A stretch of DNA of 63,663 nt, filler included, from Olpidium bornovanus S191 (Eukaryota > Fungi > Olpidiomycota), in the NCBI GenBank assembly GCA_017911155.1. It is 28 parts of 28 records of this genome, joined end to end, with 100 filler letters (N's around TTAATTAATTAA, not from the genome) between each part and the next. Parts side by side here need not be neighbours in the genome. Positions count along the whole stretch, not along the records: positions 12,057 to 13,862 come from JAEFCI010004447.1; positions 13,963 to 15,580 come from JAEFCI010003003.1; positions 15,681 to 18,801 come from JAEFCI010003393.1; positions 18,902 to 21,123 come from JAEFCI010009027.1; positions 21,224 to 22,923 come from JAEFCI010001199.1; positions 23,024 to 24,430 come from JAEFCI010010364.1; 22 more parts are not named here. One strand, 5' to 3'. The notes below the pieces were generated by a model. The model was given only the letters and a program-made list of their open reading frames with translations. It did no database searches and was not told the DNA's origin. Made by a program: the position numbers and the translations under genes. Of the stretch, positions 12,435 through 23,645 are shown one piece after another (position 1 is the first letter of the stretch; every line of letters starts with the position of its first letter).

Positions 12435-13810
12435 TCAACGCCTCGTCATCATTCCGTCGTAGAACGAGAACAGGATCCCCACAACTCCTGTGGCGACCAT
12501 GATGTCGACGGGAAGCCTGGGGTCGAAGCCGTCAAAGGGGAGCGCGGTTCTGGGTGCGGCGCCGTCGGCGGGGGCAGTTTCGGCGGGGCACGTCGAGGCG
12601 GCGGCGAAGCCGCGGACGTTCCAGGCGACGAGGAGCAGCCTGGACACGCAGAACGAGAGCTCGGAAGCCGCGCGCTGGCGGCCGCGGTCGAAATTCACGA
12701 GCGTGCCGGCCAGCGCCGGCAGGATCAGGAATTCGCCGAGCCAAACGGCCAGCGGGGTCCAGAATACTTCGGCGCTGCAGACGGCGTCGAAGTCGGGAAC
12801 GGGAAACTCGAAGACGTGCGAACGCCCCGTGGTGAGGAAATAGACGGGGCCGACGGTGACCTGTTCTGCGCGGAGAAAGAGGGAGCCGTTAAGCCGCCGG
12901 CGACGCGCCCGAACGGTGTGGGATGCCTCCGGCGGAAAAAAAATAAATGGGACGGGGGGGAGGGAGAAGCTGTGGGCCCGCACGTTGTTGAAAGGGAACG
13001 CGAGACGGCACAACTGCAAAAACTCGAAGAACAGCATCATGTATATGACGTGTCGAACGGTGGATATTTGCTGCGGGAAAAAAAAAAACACAAAAACGGG
13101 CGGGGGAAACGGGTTCAGCGTCTACCGCAGCAAGAAAAAAAAAAACAAAGGCGAAGAGAGCAGCGGAATTCGCCGCGAAAAAATGTTTTTGGCGGGGGGG
13201 TTTTTTTTTTTCTTTCCCCTTCCCACCTTCTGGATCCTGTACAGGCTCGCGAAGATTGGGAGAAAGCCGGGACGCAGGACCCCGGCGTGGCTGTCGTACC
13301 CGAGGGCGCACCGGGGGGCCTCGCACCGGCGGCCCGCGCGGACCGCGCCGGCCTTCGGCGCCGACCCTTGGCTCTCCGTTCGGGCGAAATCCTCGCCAGG
13401 AGGAGGGCACCCGCCGCCGGCCTCGCTGTCGTCGTCGCCGCCGCCGTCGTCGTCGCCGCCGCCGTCGTCGTCGTCGTCGACGACGTCCCGCGGCGCTTCG
13501 GGACCGCTCTCCGCGCTCTCCGGGTCCTCGCTCTCCTCGCCTCCCTCGCGGACCGCGCGGGCCTCGCGCCGCGCGCCGCCGCGCTCGTCCGGCCGCGCGC
13601 GAGACCGCGGCGGCGGCCGCGGGAGCGAATCCGGCGGGCGCGGAACGCCCGGGCGCTGCCGCGATGAGGAGCCGGGCGCGGCCCCGGCGGGCGGCGGCGC
13701 GGCGTCGTAGTGGGTTTTTAGCCGCGCCTTTATGTCATCGCGCTTCCCGCTGGAGTCGATGCCGAGCCGCGTCGCGAGCTCTTTCAGGTTTGTCGGGCGA
13801 AAGGGCGGCC
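12435..13810 (-). CDS. Hypothetical membrane protein with a SAP-like N-terminal helix pair, an acidic low-complexity linker and C-terminal hydrophobic segments; spliced, 5' truncated
   Basis: N-terminal NLKELATRLGIDSSGKRDDIKARLK. C-terminal exons FWTPLAVWLGEFLILPALAGTLVNF and IMVATGVVGILFSFYDGMMTRR*. Confidence 0.55.
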
Positions 13811-13992
13811 GGGGGGAGGCGAGCGGGTGGGGAAGGGTGGGGGGGGGGGGGGGGGGGGGGGGNNNNNNNNNNNNNNNNNNNNNNNNNNNNNNNNNNNNNN
13901 NNNNNNTTAATTAATTAANNNNNNNNNNNNNNNNNNNNNNNNNNNNNNNNNNNNNNNNNNNNAACCCTGAGATTGAGACGGACATCACACAT

Positions 13993-14082
13993 TTTAATGG
14001 GTGGAAAGCCATTGTCCTCATTTTCCGGGCCCACGTTTTCGACAACGGCCCGCAAAGAGTTCTTGAGCAGCTCAAAGAGCAT
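13993..14082 (-). pseudogene. Isolated exon-sized fragment of pyruvate dehydrogenase kinase (PDK/BCKDK family)
   Basis: MLFELLKNSLRAVVENVGPENEDNGFPPIK matches the PDK 'MLFELxKNxxRAxVE' N-box. No other PDK exon was found in the contig. Confidence 0.6.
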
Positions 14083-14324
14083 GGCACTCGCAAAAGATGC
14101 CCGAGCGGTGCTGTGCATTCCCCTCTTTCCTGTTCAAAGCGGCTGTACGGGGAGGGAGAGGGGCGATGCCGGTCACTGGACCCGCCAAGCTTGATGAGGA
14201 ACGCAACGGTGCGAAGGCTGGTATTGCCGCAGCGCTCTCACCCCGCCGTACTTTCTCACCAACAAGCGCGGAAAGTCAAGGCCGCGCCGCAGCGCCGCGC
14301 GTACTACTGCCCCCTGCATCTGCT

Positions 14325-14540
14325 TTTGACGTGCGCATTTTCTTTTTTTTTTGCGACGGCGCATCTTCTTTTGACGGGCCCGTTTTTTTTTTCGGACCCG
14401 TTCTTTTTTTTTTTTTTTTGCGACGTGCGCATCTTTTTTTTTTTTTTTGCGACGGGCGAATCTTCTTTTTTTTGCGACATTTGCGAATCTACTTTTCTTT
14501 TTGCAACGTCCGAATCTTTTTTTTTTTGCGACGTGCACGC
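14325..14540. repeat. Degenerate tandem repeat of about 25-30 bp units (Tn-GCGACGTGCGCATC-Tn and variants)
   Basis: TTTTTTGCGAC/GCAAC recurs at least seven times at short spacing. Confidence 0.75.
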
Positions 14541-15742
14541 GCGCGGAAATTAATTTTTTTTCGATCTTCTATTCGCTACACATCGCCGAGCTTAGCTCCC
14601 TCAGAGATAGCGCCAGGGTTACCCCTGATCTTACACCTGATCACCTCAACTTTGATCCCATTTGATCCGGTTTGGGGTGAAGTGAATACTATCAGTGCAC
14701 GCCGAGCTATAAGGCTCCGGTCACGTGACCCAGTGGTGTCCTCCAAATGGGATCACAGAACGGTTATCAAGTTCCTGTGATCAGATATGTCATCGCCGCG
14801 AAAGCTCTCGTCGAGTATTATAAACCTGCAGAGTCTCAAAATGTTCCACTACGATCTCACCTGCTGGTGGTAAGATCAGTGCGGGGGCTGGTGGGAGGAC
14901 TAAGTGTTGTGGTAAAAACACTTGAATCAATGGCGTTCTCGGGAACCTGTGATCAGATAAACCTGATCTTTGGCTCATTTGAAAGCCCTCGTCGAGTATA
15001 TGCGCCTGCCGGGATTCAAAATTTTACCTTTTGATGTCCTTTGCTGTACTGCGGATAGGTTGGAACGTTTATATTCTTCCACGTCAGGTCTGCGCGGGAC
15101 GCTACAGGTAAAGTGACGGGGGCTAACGAGTACGGCGGGAAGGTATACCCTGGGGTTGTTCGAGTCTGGGGAGTCGGGAGTCTGTGTGGAACAAAGCTAC
15201 GGAATGGGAAGGCCGCTATATATGCCTGTCGATCGAGCAGAGAAGCTGAACGACGGCAGAGCCCGTCCCTTCGTCCGGGCAGTCGCGGGCGCGGGCGCGG
15301 ACGCGGTTCCTCTCCCGCGCGGTCGTGGTTCCCACGCGGGGTTCCGTGTTCGCGCGGTTGCGCGCGGGCAGTCTCTTTGCCAATGGGGAAAAGGTGGTTG
15401 GCGGTGGGGTACCGCGTGTGGCGTTGCTACGGGAGGGGGGGGCTATTTTATTGGTCGAGCCATGGGTCCGTGACTGTCCCGCCTCTGTCTCCGAGTCCTC
15501 CGCCGCCCGCCGCCGCGCCCTCCTTGGCGCCCTCCTTGGCGGCCTTGGGCGGTCGGGGCTGTGGACTGTGCCACAGCACANNNNNNNNNNNNNNNNNNNN
15601 NNNNNNNNNNNNNNNNNNNNNNNNTTAATTAATTAANNNNNNNNNNNNNNNNNNNNNNNNNNNNNNNNNNNNNNNNNNNNCATGCACGAACACAATCCTC
15701 TCTCTCGGGACTGACGCCTGCATCGGGTTCTGCGTGCCGCAG

Positions 15743-17537
15743 AGGAAATTTGGCGATCAGGAGCTTGGACAACATAGTCAAAAAGGAACACTTTGTGCAA
15801 GACTCCGAATTTCTGACGACGCTGCTGATAGCTGTTCGGAGGTAGGTAGGGTCGGCCCGATTCGAATCAGAGCCGCGCGCGCAACCTGGCCAGTTCACTC
15901 CGGAAAGGCTGGGCGATATCCCGCCGCCTTACAAAGAGAACAAATTGCGGAGATTACAATCTCCGCCGGCGCCGCTCTAAAAAAAAACCGCGGACAGGCA
16001 AGACGAAGGCCGTTGGCTCGCGACATACGAAAAAGGCCTAGTAGCCGAATTGGTTGTTCCCCGGTCTTCACAGTAAGATTTTAAGATGCCGTTACGGCGG
16101 ACCCGGGGAGGGCCGGAAAAAAAACGCCTGAACAAGAATGTTACGCCGAATTAATCCTCGGGAGATTTCTGGACTTCGTGATAATTATGCGGGGGAGAAA
16201 GGAAACTCGCAGAGGACAGCGAGTACGCAATATTCAACGTGACGCTATTCCAAAGAGTTGTAAACGAGTTCACGAACCGGTGCAAAGAAGAAAAGTAAGC
16301 GGAAAAAATTGCCCTCCGCTTTCCCCTCCTCCTGATCGGGGTGGACGGGACCTGATCGCACACCGCTGCTTGCTTTCTTTTTTTTTTTTTTTTGGTCCCG
16401 CGCGGTACCCAGATTTGTCATAAGAGATTTCAAATACGACGAGCAACAGTTGGATGCCACAAAGAAGGCGATGCAGGAATTGGGAAAAGATGAAAAGGAG
16501 ATGTGGGTGAGTATTTTCCTGTTTTCTATATACGTGTTGTTCCGACTCGGCGGGAGTTTTGTTTCGAGAAGTGTGCGTGCGCGCATTCGTGTTCGCTTCG
16601 CTCCGGGCCACTTCTGTTTTCAGGCGAGCCGAGCCGAGCCGAACACCCCCCTCTCCTCCCTCCTTCCAGACCTGTCTCCGTTACCACCAATGCCACTACC
16701 ACTGAGATTTTGGCGCCCCCGGCATCACCCTTCCCTCTTCTCCGCGATTTTCTCGACGTTCCCGCGGGTCGCTCGTTCCTCCCTTCAACCTTTTTTTTCT
16801 AACCCCTGTTCTTTCGCCGCTTAGACAACCATCCTCCGCTTGGCCAAAACCAGTTTTGGCGAAGCGTTCTCGTGCTGGGTTCACCTGAAAGCGTTGCGGG
16901 TTTTCGTCGAGGCCCTCCTCCGGTACGGCCTGCCGCCAAATTTCCTCTCGGTTACCATCAAGGTAAAAAAAAAAAAAAAAAAAAAAACAAAAAAAAAGTT
17001 ACGCATTTTTCTATTTTCTCATTTTCTTTATTTTTATTTTTTTTATTTTTTTATATTTTTTTATTTTTTATTTTTTTTATTTTTTTTATTTTTTTATTTT
17101 TTTATTTTTTTATTTTCTTTTATTTTTTTATTTTTTTATTTTCTTTTATTTTTTTTCTTTTTTACTTTTTTATGTTTTTTATTTTTTTTTATTTAGAAAT
17201 CGAGTGGGAGCACGCGCGCGGACGGTTTCCGCCTATTTGCGCCTTTTTTCTTTTTTTCTTTTCGGGCTGTTCCAACAAAAAACGAAAAATAAAATAAAAA
17301 TAGAAATAACCTTGCGCTCCCGTTACTGTGGCTGGCCGACAGCCCAAGCCGAAACACGAGCGGAAGGTGAAGCGCGTGCTGAACAGCGAGTACGGAAAGG
17401 GGCGGGAAAAGGTCGCCACGCACGACACGGGCGGACAGGCGGAGCAGGGTCTCGAGGCGTACGAGTCATACCTCGACAGTAACTACCTGGCATTCGTATT
17501 CTTTCCCATCCACTGGGACATCGATCGCAAAGAATGA
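15743..17537 (+). CDS. VMA5: V-type ATPase subunit C, 3' portion, at least six exons
   Basis: Exons read RGNLAIRSLDNIVKKEHFVQDSEFLTTLLIAV|WLATYEKGLVAELVVPRSS|EYAIFNVTLFQRVVNEF|FVIRDFKY|WVHLKALRVFVEALLRYGLPPNF|PKPKHERKVK...YLAFVFFPIHWDIDRKE*. Confidence 0.93.
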
Positions 17538-19276
17538 GATTATTTAACAGAACGCCTTTTCCTGTCTCGCATACCCCCCTACTCCAAAACCATTCTTACC
17601 GGCCTCCTCCCTCCTCCTTCCTGCCCACGTCGCTTACGACCCCTGCCGCATTCTTCCCCTCTATTTCGCATACCCCCCCCCCCCCGCTTCCCTCTCCCTG
17701 CCCCCCCATCCCCAAGTGCACCCCACTTCTCAAAGCATCTTACAAAAAAAGGGTGGACTGTTTTCCGCTCGGCGGGGAGGCTTGCTTCCTTTCCAGCGTA
17801 CTTTCGGGGCTATCGTGCGCGTCTCCGGAGCAAAAGAGAAAAATGTCTGGCGGGACGCGGCCTGAGAAAGTTTTGCGTATTTTGTTTTGGGTTCACTTTT
17901 TAGTGTTTGCGCTGTCACGGAGCGAAAACGCCGTGCAAAAACAGGACTCAACTAATTATATTTTACACCAAACTTTAGAAAAAAAAAATTAAAGAAATAG
18001 AAAGTTCCTTCGCATTTTCCCAAGGAGATCCGACTTAAGCAGGTTAAAATGATTGTCCTGTTCGTAAACGCTGCCGATATTAAACGCCCCTCGTATCGTA
18101 CTACCAGGCAGCTTCGGGTGGGTGACGCGCGCTAGCCGCTGCACCCCAGCCTCGAAAACCGCCAGCCGTGGTTTGACGGTATTAGTGCTGATCATATCGC
18201 ATCTAAAGTTAGTGCATAAAGTGAGCATTGTCCATAATAAAAACTGGACCTATTTAAATGAAAGTCGGGATGAACGCTCTACATATGCGAATAATTATCA
18301 GTAATGAGAGCTGGGCGCGCGGGTGTCCTGCGCCCAGGGCTCGCTGTAAACCAGACGGTCCCGGATGACAAGTGCGCACTCGCCGGGCAGGTGGGGCATA
18401 TTCATTGCGAACACGTGGGCGGCCACGCCACTGGCAAACAGAAGGGTAGCGAACTGACCAGAGACCACTGACCTTGTGCTGAGCGGACAAACGAACGCGT
18501 TTCTCGACAGAACGTCCGCGGAGCGGGTGGGGGATGTGGGAAACAGCGGTGTTCGTCGTGCCCGTGGGGGAAGCCGGCGGGGGGAGGTTGACGCGAGCGG
18601 TCTTAGTCGCGTTTCCGCGGGAGAAAGGAGGGGCAAGCGGGTGAGGCCCAAAATGGGGGGCCGCGCCCTTCTCCCGTTCCTTTTTTTTTTTTTTTTTTTT
18701 TTTTGGTTTGCCCCAACGTTTCCTGCTTTTTTGATTCTTCTTTACGCCGCCAGAGCCATGAGGCAAGTAAAACTAAATAATTAAATATAAAAAAAAGAAA
18801 GNNNNNNNNNNNNNNNNNNNNNNNNNNNNNNNNNNNNNNNNNNNNTTAATTAATTAANNNNNNNNNNNNNNNNNNNNNNNNNNNNNNNNNNNNNNNNNNN
18901 NCATGGTATCATACCACGACCGTTCGTTCCCGCACGACATCTCAACGCTTGGTGTTGGCCGCCTTCGCCCCGATCTGCTCGCTGTCTGGCGCCGTTCCCC
19001 ATCGCCTGCTTGCGGGCGTCGGCAGGACATCAAACCGCATTAGGGCGCCTTCCTCCGGAAATACTTCACGGCTTTTCGTCCGAGTAGAGCTTGAAGCTTT
19101 AGTAGCGCCCGGAAAAACGTTGCGGTCACGTGATAGTCACGCGCCCTTTAAACAATTTTAACCGCGTCCGGAAGTGCCCAAAAAGTACGGGCATTCTGCG
19201 ATTCGCGCGGAACGCCGACCCCCGGCGAAAGCCACGCAGCGGACGCCCTGGAGGACGCTCACCAATCGTGCACCAG

Positions 19277-21123
19277 ATGGTTTTCGCCGTCAGCCGCCAG
19301 GCGGCGGCGGCTGTCGCAGCGAGGCCCTGTGTCGGGCTGTCTGCCACCGTGCACCCACCGCCGGACTCCATTTCTTCCTGGGCACGCCTGACACGCGGGG
19401 CGTGCCGTCCGCGACCGTTGCACCCCGTGAGCCTCGTGTTGCCCTTCGCCCGTCAGGCGCACAGATCCTCGTTGCTGTCCGCGGTCAACGCCGAAGCGGA
19501 TACTACAACGGAGCGCGAGCAGGTGGAAGCGCCCGGCGGGGCCACTGCTTCCCATTACGCGTCCGCAGCAAGAGCAGCTGTCTGGCCGACGACGAGCCAC
19601 CGGGAAGTTGCGTCAAGCGATGCTTCTGTGCCCTACACTGAGCTCGACCACTGTGACGAAATCTACGTCGGCAATGTCCCATATGAGGCCAAGGGTTCAG
19701 ATATTTACGAATTATTCAGCCGCCACGCGAGCGTCCACGTCGTTAGCCTTCCTGCAGAACCCACAACGGCCCGCCCGCGCGGTTACGCGTTTGTGCGCTT
19801 GAAAGACGCTTCTCAGCTGCTGCGTGTGGTCGAGGAGACTAACGGCGTGAAACTGTTTGGCAGACCCCTGATAGTGAAGCCGAACAGGCGCCCCAAGGTT
19901 AGGGATTCTGCTGAGGATCGCAGGAACCGCACTGTGTCCGTGACAAATCTTCCGAAAGACATCACGGCCGAGGAAGTCGGCCGACATTATCTTTCATTTG
20001 GCGAGATTACGGAGGTCCGCGTGCCAAGGAACTTCAAAACTGGCGAGCCGGCTGGTTACGCTTCCGTCGAGTTTTCCGAATCTTTCGCAGCGGAGAAAGC
20101 TGTGGAGATGACCAATCAGTCGCAATTTTTAGGACGCTTCATTAATGTTCAGCTCGCCCGCAACTGCCCTTTGCACGGCAACGGACTCCCGCGGGAGGCG
20201 ACTCAGCTCTACATACAGAATTTGTCATACCACACGACCCGTAAGCAGCTCCAGACGTTTTACGAGTCGTTCGGCCAGATCGTTTTTGCGTCCGTGGCGG
20301 TGCGCGGCGTAAACAGCCGTTCGTTCGGCTTTGGGTTTGTGAAGTTTGAGAACGCCCACGCGGCTCGAGAAGCCAAGGAAACGACCGACGGGAAGATTTT
20401 CCAGGGACGGCAACTGAAAGTCTCGTACTCGACAGTTGATATCAATGCTCTGTCGAAATCTGACAAGGACGTGGACCAGAAGACGGTCGTGCACGTCAAA
20501 GATCTCGACCCCAGCTGCAAACCGGCAGAACTTGACCGGTTCTTTTCGCGGTTCGGTTTGGTGGAGGACGTTTACATCGATTATCAATCGGTCTCGCCTT
20601 CCGGGTTCGTTCGCTTTTCCTCACGGAAGGAAGCGCAGTGGGCAGTCAACGAAACCACGGGAGTGGAGTTTATGGACAAGCTCATCTTCCCGCGCATTTA
20701 CGTTCCCGAGGACTGGTATGCCGATGCATCCCTGTCCACAGACGGCGCCGCCAGCATCGTAAAGAGCAAGATCGCCGTTGTGCGTGTGTCTGGTCTCCAC
20801 AGCACGCTGACGACCGCCGAATTGGCCGAGCACTTCCGGAGTTTTGGAGAGGTCACCGATGCGTCACTCTCATGGCACGAAGACTCAGGCGAACGGACCT
20901 TGCACGGCATTGTGCACTTCAAGTCTTACAAACATGCGGAGTTGGCGGTGGAGTCCGCCGACCAGAGCAGCTTCCTAGGTCGGATAATCACCGTCCAGCT
21001 CCACATGGATTTGAGTGATTCTGGTTCGAGGTTCTCTTCTCACCCTCGTTCTCACATCATTTATGGCGACCGCAATCACCTCGTGTATGTACGCGGGCTC
21101 CCGTTCACGACGAAGCCCGACGA
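19277..21123 (+). CDS. Intronless multi-RRM protein (five complete RRMs plus the start of a sixth), 3' truncated; possible mitochondrial presequence
   Basis: One open frame with RNP2/RNP1 pairs IYVGNV/RGYAFV, VSVTNL/AGYASV, LYIQNL/FGFGFV, VHVKDL/SGFV, VRVSGL/HGIV, and VYVRGL at the contig edge. Confidence 0.88.
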
Positions 21124-22366
21124 NNNNNNNNNNNNNNNNNNNNNNNNNNNNNNNNNNNNNNNNNNNNTTAATTAATTAANNNNNNNNNNNNNNNNNNNNN
21201 NNNNNNNNNNNNNNNNNNNNNNNAGTAATGCATCTTGCCTTGGGGTTCAGCGCGAAATGGAGAGAGCGCCAAACAGGCAAGAAGCTCGCTTATGCCAGCC
21301 GCCAGTTCACCGAAATGAAGAATCGCGAGAGAAACAGGGCATGTTCATCACATACAGGGGTGTTTGTGCCGCTTGACGCCATCCTTCCGCTAACGACAGT
21401 AAGCCACATGAACGCAGGAATCGGGTACGCCAGGCACGCGTGGCACCTTGCTGCTGCAAATTTTCTGACGACCCTACAAAGTATCTTCGGCCCACGCCGG
21501 GCCTCGGGGAAATTAGCATTTTGCTGGGCCATCAGACCGACTAAATAACGCATGCCGGCTCACGCGCCTTTGCCCTGGGGCGGGAACATCGCCTGGAAAC
21601 AGACAGATGAACTGTTACATGTTACACCGCTTCCTAAATCGCACGTCTTAGAGCACCTCCGGAACCTTTGCGAGTGTTTCCGAGAACCCGCACACAAATA
21701 AATCCTTCGAAATCTATCGGGGGCGTTAGAAATCTTTTTGCCGTTTTATTTGCGCTTCAAGGCATTTCGCCGTTGGCTGAAGGTTCTCGCATGTTGCGCG
21801 TAGCCCAGCAAGCGGTGCGCAGCGCAACACAACAGCCTTCTGCTGCCCGGGGCCGCGGCCGCGTTTTTTAAAAAAGGGGATCCGGGCATTGCCGGACGTG
21901 TTCGCGACTTGTGGGTGATGGTGGCACAAGAAGTACACTTTTCATGTTATTTGGCAACATCCGTCATCTGGCGATGGTCATTGACATAGTATCTAATGCC
22001 AGGATGGCATTGAAGACACTAAGATGTATAATGAAGGTAGCGAATGTGCTTTTGCATGGACTTGGAAGGATTCGCTGCCGGCACGGCTGTCGAAAAAAGG
22101 AAAGAGAAAAGGCACACTAGCGGCCGCCAGCGAAAGGTATAACGGTGAATCCTGCGCAGTTTCGATCTCATCCGCGAGGCTGGCAATTATGTTTGAAACC
22201 TGTGACCTTAGTCACCTCTATGGCTTGTGTGGTCAAGCTCAACTTCTCACCTTCTGCCGAATTTTTCTGTCCGGGCCTCACCCGCTCCTTCTTCGCGGGT
22301 GAGGAGGTCGTGCCGAGTTCTGCCGCAAATCCTGTAGTGAGCAGGTGCCGCTGGCCGTCAAAAAAG

Positions 22367-22425
22367 GTGAGTGCGGTGAGTGAGGTGAGTGCGGTGAGTG
22401 AGGTGAGCGAGGTGAGTGAGGTCAC
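22367..22425. repeat. 9-bp tandem repeat (GTGAGTG[C/A]G) x6-7
   Basis: Direct inspection. Confidence 0.8.
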
Positions 22426-23028
22426 CTTAACTTCCCAAAATTTGCGTTTTCCAGAATTTGAAGGGGGATGTCGGAGGCTGATTTGAACGGCCGGTTAAGA
22501 AGACCGGATTCCAAAACCCGAATCGCAATTTTGTTCGGAATTCCGTCCGAGGTGGAAGGGAAGTAAAACCGCGGCGTTACCTCTGAGGGCGCGAAGGGGC
22601 GGCGAGCACGCGGAGTCGACCCGCGGAAACCGAACCACCAGCAAGGCCCGTCGATGAAATGAGCGGGTTCGCCGTCTCGCCTGCCCTACAAGAAGGAGGA
22701 CAGCGCAGGGACCGGCGGGGGCGGCGGCAATCGGAGGAGCGCCCGCGCGCCCGAGCCCCAAAAACTCTCAGAGTTTAATTTTAATCGGTTCACCCGGCTT
22801 CAGGAGCAGGAGCTCGCAAGACAGAATACTAGCATGGTTAAATGTTGACTTTGGCCTGACGACCCTTGACAGCGAGCTGGGACGGTATCAACCATCCCCC
22901 ACATCTACCATCCCCCACGCCCCNNNNNNNNNNNNNNNNNNNNNNNNNNNNNNNNNNNNNNNNNNNNTTAATTAATTAANNNNNNNNNNNNNNNNNNNNN
23001 NNNNNNNNNNNNNNNNNNNNNNNTTGCC

Positions 23029-23215
23029 GGATTCTTTCCAAACCCGTACAAGTACCAAAGTAATGGATTTTGTGCTGGCACCGGGCCGGATTTTGTTTTT
23101 CCAAAACCGTACAAATATATAAAAAGTGAGTAAGGATTACATGCTGGAACGGGGATTCCATCCAAACCGCACAGTATATAAAACTGTAGTAATTGACCAC
23201 ATGCCAGCACGGGGG
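23029..23215. repeat. Three degenerate tandem units of about 60 bp (GGATT..TCCAAA.CCG.ACA...TGC.GG.ACGGG)
   Basis: The same motif order recurs at about 23029, 23089 and 23153. Confidence 0.65.
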
Positions 23216-23315
23216 GTAAATTTAACGTCGAAAGGAAAGTGGGTCGACTGGTGCCTGCACCAATTTATCTGATCCGGTACATGTCCGAGATGCGCCGGTC
23301 CAAAGTCAGGGGAGA

Positions 23316-23645
23316 TCAGGAGCACTCGGCCTTCACCGTCACGGCGAAAAGGCTTTCGCCGCCAGGCGAGGCAGGATCCAATCTGCCACTTGAGGTAACG
23401 GTGAAACCAACGGCGGTATCGAAACCTACATCCTTGCACCCTGAAGTAGCACGGCACATTCCGCGGCTTTGCGCAACAGCCTCGTTGTTGCCCCGGCCAA
23501 TGGCGACAACATCGCGATTAATAGCGAAGCGGTCGGTCGGGGTGAAGACGACCGTGGAGTCTCCGCAGAACTGTGCGAGGGCAGGACCAGCGGCGGCAAG
23601 CACAGCGGCGCAGACCAGGGCGAGGGACTTGAAGGTAACGGCCAT
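23316..23645 (-). CDS. Small secreted Cys-containing protein, 109 aa, intronless; effector candidate
   Basis: CAAAATG start context, signal peptide MAVTFKSLALVCAAVLAAAGPALA-Q, four Cys in the mature part (C27, C64, C70, C108) and a TGA stop. Confidence 0.8.
   Translation of the reverse strand: MAVTFKSLALVCAAVLAAAGPALAQFCGDSTVVFTPTDRFAINRDVVAIGRGNNEAVAQSRGMCRATSGCKDVGFDTAVGFTVTSSGRLDPASPGGESLFAVTVKAECS

Noticed and set aside
17005-17200. Long T/A-only tract in a VMA5 intron giving Phe-rich 'membrane' ORFs
   Set aside because: It is intronic low-complexity sequence, possibly a low-quality consensus.
17989-18651. Protein-like minus-strand stretches (GVAAHVFAMNMPHLPG; HPKLPGSTIRGAFNIG)
   Set aside because: No family was recognised and no consistent exon chain could be built.
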